From positions 123,132,001 through 123,196,000 of the forward strand of contig OX597819.1 of assembly GCA_951406725.2 (NCBI GenBank): DNA of 64,000 nt. The letters run 5' to 3'. The notes under the pieces were generated by a model that saw only the letters and a program-made list of their open reading frames with translations, did no database searches and had not been told where the DNA came from. The position numbers were made by a program, and so were the translations under genes. The stretch is from Octopus vulgaris. Lineage: Eukaryota. Positions 57,908-64,000 of this stretch are shown here, piece by piece (position 1 is the stretch's first letter; the number at the start of each line of letters is the position of its first letter).

Positions 57908-58070
57908 TATATATACGACGGGTTTCATCCAGTTTCCGTCCACCAAATCCACTGAGAAGGTTTTGGTCGGCCCGTGACAATAGGAGAAGACACTTGCCCA
58001 AGGTACCACGCTGATGGACTGAACCCAATACCATGTTGTTGGAAAGCAAGCTTTTTACCACACAGCCACT
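57322..58070 (-). mobile_element. SINE family B with ~400 bp expanded internal (TA)n/ATGC repeat
   Basis: Tail 57322-57500, repeat 57510-57915, head 57915-58070. Confidence 0.82.
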
Positions 58071-58869
58071 GTGTGTGTGTGTGTGTGTGCATGTACGCAA
58101 TGAGATCTATTGAGCTTTATCACTACAAATTCCATTAACATGTTATAAGAGAATTTAGAGTAGAATTCGTTAGTTAGATTAACGTCTAATTGCTTCTGGT
58201 CGCAGTCTAATGACTGAAACAAGTAAAAGATAAATGATGCACCGGCTGAAGTTAGTGCACCTGATAATTCACCAAATCATTCTCCGCCTCGCCTTCTCTC
58301 TCTGTCTCTCCCTATGACCTTCTCTCTCTCCCTCTTTGTCATTTTCTCCTCTTCTGGATTCCCTGTAGGTCTTGAGTAGCCTCTAGCCCCAGTTGATTAA
58401 TGATACTTTGTAGGTGCTTAAATTATGTGCCAATTTCACCAGCTTACATAATATTGATTTTATGACGTAAAAATCTGATCTAGTTTAAAGGACTCTAATG
58501 GGGAAACAAATTCTATTTACTGGTATTTAACTCTCCTTTGATGATCTCACCACTGCAGACAGTTTAACACCATTAACAGTATTTACGAGAAACTCAACAT
58601 GAAATTTGTATGGTAGCGCATAGAAAGTGATTACTCACGTTGAATGTTATTCCAATAATTTCTTGAATTCATTTACACATCAAAACACCCGCAAATTACA
58701 TACTTCTAACTGAAAAATCATTTAGCAGTGCTATTTGGTAAAAATCGATGGCGAGGTCATTCTAAATGTGATAAATATATAGTTTGATTTCCGTTGCAGG
58801 AACTGTTCCCATTTTGCTTGTACATAACAATGTCCTAGTAATTATCTTATCTCTCTCTCTCTCTCTCTT

Positions 58870-58952
<83 letters not shown>

Positions 58953-59169
58953 ATATCTATATATATTCTTAACATTTCCGTTACCGATATAACAATGTAG
59001 TACATCCAGCGAGAGATAAATATGATTTAATATACACAATTTACAAAACAGCATTGTATTTTTCTCTCATGTTCTCTCATAGATCAATGTCCTGTTCATT
59101 TTAATGCACTTAGCCTGAAAGATTACTCTGCCAATTTATTGTATCCTTAAAGCATGAAACTAATAAATA

Positions 59170-59221
<52 letters not shown>

Positions 59222-59825
59222 CGTATAAATTTGTACTGTCTCCCTGGTTTTTATGTGCTAGGTCACTTGGTGTTAAACTGATGGTATTATTAAATTGATA
59301 TCTAAATTTTCACCCTCATTTATGAATTTATAAATTTAATATGCTGCAGTAAATATTATATGCAGTATTAGTTTCCACTAAGTCTTAGCATGCTTTTGGT
59401 GGGGAGGCTAAACCACAACTATGTATGCTATCGATCAGACCGCATGGGTATTTATCGCCCGTGAGGGTCTGATAAATTGTATCGAGGACAAATGCTGCCG
59501 ATGACTTATAGACAAATATGTGAGTATAATTGCATATTATGTTGATAAAGAAACAATTGTTCAGCATTAATCTATCTTTTCGTTGTATTTCGCTTTCCTT
59601 ACGTTGAAGGTAATGTTATTTCTTTTGTGGAAACAACTTCGGTGGCTATACCAGAATAAGGTAGAGTTAACCACTTAACGTTAACTCTCTTATATTTACG
59701 TATATATATATATATATATATATACACCATCATAATCATCACATTTTCAAAATGTAATCACATGTGGATCGTTGGCGATTTTCCCACCCCGTCTCCCTTT
59801 TCTCTTGGACCTTCCTCCGTCACCT

Positions 59826-59860
59826 GTTTCTGACGAAGAGCTTTGCTCAAAACGTAAAAC
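59826..59860 (+). ncRNA. Ultra-minimal hammerhead-like motif (G12A, probably inactive)
   Basis: gttt-CTGACGA-a-gagc-ttt-gctc-AAAAC-GTA-aaac. Downstream sequence resembles the 25135-25332 family. Confidence 0.55.
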
Positions 59861-60633
59861 TACTTTTCTTTCTTTCCCTGAGCGTCTGCTAATACTTCGC
59901 ATGTACCACTTCCTTGTGTAGTTGTCTTTTTCTTGTGTTTATTCTTCGTTTTTTTTTTGGGGGGGGTTATAATATGTGTGTGTGTGTGTGTGTGAGTAAA
60001 GTAAAAACAGTCGCCACATCAAAGTGGCTGTTCCATGTTAATACTTGTTTAACTCCAGTCAAATCCTCTGCCAGCTGGATATTGGTGTAACGTTGCACCC
60101 TTTATATACAACATATATTGTTGGCAGGGGGACTGCACACCCTAACATCCTCTAGCAAACAACAGGATCGCGAGGTTGACTCACTTTCGAGCTATTTGGT
60201 CCAGCCACAGTCATGAGCACGTGGCCGCCAGAGTGATAGCCAGAGTCTGCTCCAGCCAGTAATATATTGTGAACAAAGCGACCGTCGCTCATTGATTTGC
60301 AAAAAGCAAAATAGCTTGTAGAATCTCAAGAAGAAATCAGAGTAGTAGCTGTACTAAAAAGTAAAGTCTGCCCGGGATTAAACTAGTAGTAACATGGAAC
60401 AGGTAACTTGATGTAGTGACTGACTTTGGTTGTTTGTATAGTTACTACCAAGCACGTGCCGTCAGTAATTACTCAGGGTAGGCAGCTGCTGATGTTTATG
60501 TAGCAAAACACAGAAAGAAATAAGCGAAACAGAGGCGCACGGCTGAGTTGAAGGCAAATTTACTTATGCCTTTGTAGTGCGTAAAGAAAACGTTGTTGTA
60601 GGAATGTACACAGCAAGTGAACTACAGCAGTAC

Positions 60634-60828
60634 TATTCGTAGTTTTAATACTGAGATTGAAAGGCAGGGCCAAATTATGACTACCTAACATACAAAAAAA
60701 TAAAATATTTTGCATTTTATGCATATTAATTTGATTACTATGCATAAAATGCAAAATATAATGTTTTTTGTAGATTAGGTAGTCATAATTCGCTCCTGCC
60801 TTTCAATCTCAGCATTAAAAATACGCAT
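60634..60828. repeat. ~195 bp imperfect hairpin
   Basis: CTGAGATTGAAAGGCAGG..AATTATGACTACCTAA...TTTTGCATTTTATGCATA is mirrored by TATGCATAAAATGCAAAA...TTAGGTAGTCATAATT..CCTGCCTTTCAATCTCAG. Confidence 0.85.
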
Positions 60829-60907
60829 AATTTTATTGAATTTGGTGCATAATTTACCATAAAAGGAAAATGTTACTATCGATGTATTTTATTCAGGTAT
60901 ATATATG

Positions 60908-60956
<49 letters not shown>

Positions 60957-61025
60957 GTATATATATATATATATGTATATATGAATAAAAAATGGAGTTA
61001 ACGCAGATTTAAACAAGTATTTTTA

Positions 61026-61110
61026 CTTTCTACATACGTTTCAAAAATTCCACTGATACTTATTCAAAAGAATAAAAGGTATAAACAATGCAATCTTCTC
61101 TTCGGGAAAG
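61026..61110 (-). ncRNA. Hammerhead motif in Penelope pLTR (mirror copy)
   Basis: Reverse complement of 63666-63750. Confidence 0.65.
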
Positions 61111-61311
61111 TGAAAAAACGAAACTTGTCAATACGACATTTTAGCAAAAAATGATGGATTCGTATAGCGATAGACAGAACGCTATTAATATTGTTTAAAA
61201 AAACGTTATATGATATAACGTCATAAGTAGCTAACAGAAAGAGTAGGGATATTAATAGTGAATGTTAAATATAAAGGAAATTAAAGTCTAAACTATATAT
61301 AATGATAGAGA

Positions 61312-62493
61312 CTACTTATATGCACTAAAAGTATGTTTCTGCCAATGCTTACATCTGTATGCTCGTTCTATAACCGTGTTTACTAGATTATTTTTAGAAA
61401 AAATAATGAAAAATAGCTCAGAATTGCAGAGAAGACAGAATTTCTTGCCTTTGTCATATGGTATCGAAATTGAGAGGATCAACCATTCTAAATGAAATTG
61501 TTCATTATGGTCTTTTAAATCCCAAATCAGTTTGCTGAGACCGGCACTATTCCGTTTATTTCTATCCCTAAATGTTGCGTAATGGATAGAAATTCTCTTA
61601 GATAACTCTAACGATGTGCTTCCAATGTAAAATCGTACTTTATTACGAGTACTGATTATACACTGGTATATAGAATTTTTAATCTTAGAGTTACTTGACA
61701 TAAATTTAATTCTATTGGGATTGACTTCAGATACAATAACCTTGTTATTAATATTTCTAGAGGGTTGGATGGTATTAGCTAAATTAATGTTAGTATTAGT
61801 AAATGTATTAATATTTAACAGTTTGTTATTATGAGAAGATATAATTTGCAAGAGATTTTTTGTGTTTGAAAAACCTATCCTAACCTTATGTGAATTAATT
61901 ATAGAGTAATATCTAGAATTATTTGGAAAATTCCTAGCAATAGCTTGACGAAACAGCAGTGGGAGATTAGATTTAATTTGTCTCCCGTAAGGAATTATTA
62001 ACCAAATATTTTTACTAGTATTCATAGCGTATTTACTTTTGAAGGTGTTATATTTACTTTTAGATCGGTAATAGGGGAATAAATAAGGGTTATTTGCCTT
62101 CATTCGCTTTGTATCGGTGCGTAAGTTATGTTTGTTATCAATAATTCTTTTACGACTAGAAATCTTATCTACATTATTGAATTTACAATTAGACTGAGCA
62201 GAATCAATGTAGAAAATATTTTCTGTATAACCTGCTTTGATTAAGGCAGAGTTATAGAATTCAGCGTTATTATTGAAAATATCAACATTAGCAGATAATT
62301 TAGATAATCTAAATGAAATATTCTTAACTAAATTCTTAGTAATTGCTCCAGGATGATTACTAAATTTGCTAATGTACTTAAGATTGGTCAACGGTTTATG
62401 ATATGGGAAGTAAGAGTCACTGTGTAAATCAAGCGTAATATCTAAAAAGTTGGCCTTCGTCAGATCGTCATCAAAAACGATTTTTAAGCCCAT
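61312..62493 (-). CDS. Penelope-like ORF C-terminal part: RT thumb plus GIY-YIG endonuclease (5'-truncated)
   Basis: NFLDITLDL..YHKP..YISKFSNHP (PLE RT end); SIYQC...FYIGST...RISIH...LSKLIWDLK...CLLCNSE...CKH. Confidence 0.88.
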   Translation of the reverse strand: MGLKIVFDDDLTKANFLDITLDLHSDSYFPYHKPLTNLKYISKFSNHPGAITKNLVKNISFRLSKLSANVDIFNNNAEFYNSALIKAGYTENIFYIDSAQSNCKFNNVDKISSRKRIIDNKHNLRTDTKRMKANNPYLFPYYRSKSKYNTFKSKYAMNTSKNIWLIIPYGRQIKSNLPLLFRQAIARNFPNNSRYYSIINSHKVRIGFSNTKNLLQIISSHNNKLLNINTFTNTNINLANTIQPSRNINNKVIVSEVNPNRIKFMSSNSKIKNSIYQCIISTRNKVRFYIGSTSLELSKRISIHYATFRDRNKRNSAGLSKLIWDLKDHNEQFHLEWLILSISIPYDKGKKFCLLCNSELFFIIFSKNNLVNTVIERAYRCKHWQKHTFSAYK

Positions 62494-62508
62494 TCTACTG
62501 AAAAAATT

Positions 62509-63464
62509 AACGCTGAATTCTATAACTCTGCCTTAATCAAAGCAGGTTATACAGAAAAAGTTTTCTACATTGATTCTGCTCAGTCTAATTGTAAATTCAA
62601 TAATGTAGATAAGATTTATAGTCGTAAAAGAATTATTGATAACAAACATAACTTACTCACCGATACAAAGCGAATGAAGGCAGATAACCCTTATTTATTC
62701 CCCTATTACCGATCTAAAAGTAAATATAACACCTTCAAAAGTAATTACGCTATGAATACTAGTAAAAATATTTGGTTAATAATTCCTTACGGGAGACAAA
62801 TTAAATCTAATCTCCCACTGCTGTTTCGTCAAGCTATTGCTAGAATTTTCCAAATAATTCTAGATATTACTCTATAATTAATTCACATAAGGTTAGGATA
62901 GGTTTTTCAAACACAAAAAATCTCTTGCAAATTATATCTTCTCATAATAACAAACTGTTAAATATTAATACATTTACTAATACTAACATTAATTTAGCTA
63001 ATACCATCCAACCCTCTAGAAATATTAATAACAAGGTTATTGTATCTGAAGTCAATCCCAATAGAATTAAATTTATGTCAAGTAACTCTAAGATTAAAAA
63101 TTCTATATACCAGTGTATAATCAGTACTCGTAATAAAGTACGATTTTACATTGGAAGCACATCGTTAGAGTTATCTAAGAGAATTTCTATCCATTACGCA
63201 ACATTTAGGGATAGAAATAAACGGAATAGTGCCGGTCTCAGCAAACTGATTTGGGATTTAAAAGACCATAATGAACAATTTCATTTAGAATGGTTGATCC
63301 TCTCAATTTCGATACCATATGACAAAGGCAAGAAATTCTGTCTTCTCTGCAATTCTGAGCTATTTTTCATTATTTTTTCTAAAAATAATCTAGTAAACAC
63401 GGTTATAGAACGAGCATACAGATGTAAGCATTGGCAGAAACATACTTTTAGTGCATATAAGTAG
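62509..63464 (+). pseudogene. Mirror copy of the Penelope-like ORF with a 1-bp frameshift near 62843
   Basis: ORFs 62674-62877 and 62925-63464 reproduce the minus-strand protein. GCTAGAATTTTCC here versus GCTAGGAATTTTCC in the other arm. Confidence 0.88.
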
Positions 63465-63665
63465 TCTCTATCATTATATATAGTTTAGACTTTAATTTCC
63501 TTTATATTTAACATTCACTATTAATATCCCTACTCTTTCTGTTAGCTACTTATGACGTTATATCATATAACGTTTTTTTAAACAATATTAATAGCGTTCT
63601 GTCTATCGCTATACGAATCCATCATTTTTTGCTAAAATGTCGTATTGACAAGTTTCGTTTTTTCA

Positions 63666-63750
63666 CTTTCCCGAAGAGAAGATTGCATTGTTTATACCTT
63701 TTATTCTTTTGAATAAGTATCAGTGGAATTTTTGAAACGTATGTAGAAAG
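63666..63750 (+). ncRNA. Hammerhead motif in Penelope pLTR (U4C core variant)
   Basis: ctttc-CCGAAGA-gaagatt...aattttt-GAAAC-gtat-GTA-gaaag, about 200 bp after the GIY-YIG stop codon. Confidence 0.68.
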
Positions 63751-64000
63751 TAAAAATACTTGTTTAAACCTGCGTTAACTCCATTTTTTATTCATATCAT
63801 TCAAATATTCAACGTAAACACGAAGTTTCAACCTTCATAAACAAGGAGTTACAACATCTTTACTTGTGAGATTTTTGCTGCTCTGGTAACTATTCATTCA
63901 TTTATCCGTGTTAATTGTTAACAAGGTAAATACACTCATCTATTTATATATGTATATATATATGTATATATATATATAGTACGCTAAACTGGCAATATGT

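Larger units (their letters stand above)
60981..63945. mobile_element. Young Penelope-like retroelement in inverted arrangement, inserted in (TA)n
   Basis: Arms 60981-62268 and 62509-63797 are about 1.29 kb near-identical inverted repeats. The right arm has a 3' extension of about 150 bp. Confidence 0.92.

Overview
AT-rich eukaryotic, repeat-saturated window with no recognisable host gene. The SINE families and microsatellite load suggest an octopus/cephalopod genome (inference). Contents: (i) three tRNA-derived SINE families in about 30 copies, some as tandem multimers; (ii) decayed mariner, Tc1 and hAT DNA transposons and MITEs; (iii) LINE fragments (R4/Dong-like next to an (AAT)n tract, RTE, Tx1/L1-like, and three largely open, endonuclease-less CR1/L2-type RT cassettes in a TTTATG-punctuated (TA)n satellite); (iv) a young inverted Penelope-like element (RT thumb plus GIY-YIG) and many small non-coding Penelope-like relics in (TA)n tracts. 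Best observations: about 15 minimal type-I hammerhead ribozyme motifs from several sequence families, often mirrored in palindromic mini-elements; two SINE-LINE partner pairs readable from shared 3' tails, one with a compensatory stem-loop change; and SINE multimers bounded by a single TSD. Most ORF-track entries (YIYI, HTHT, poly-N/I/L) are microsatellite artefacts. All calls were made by eye, so boundaries are approximate.
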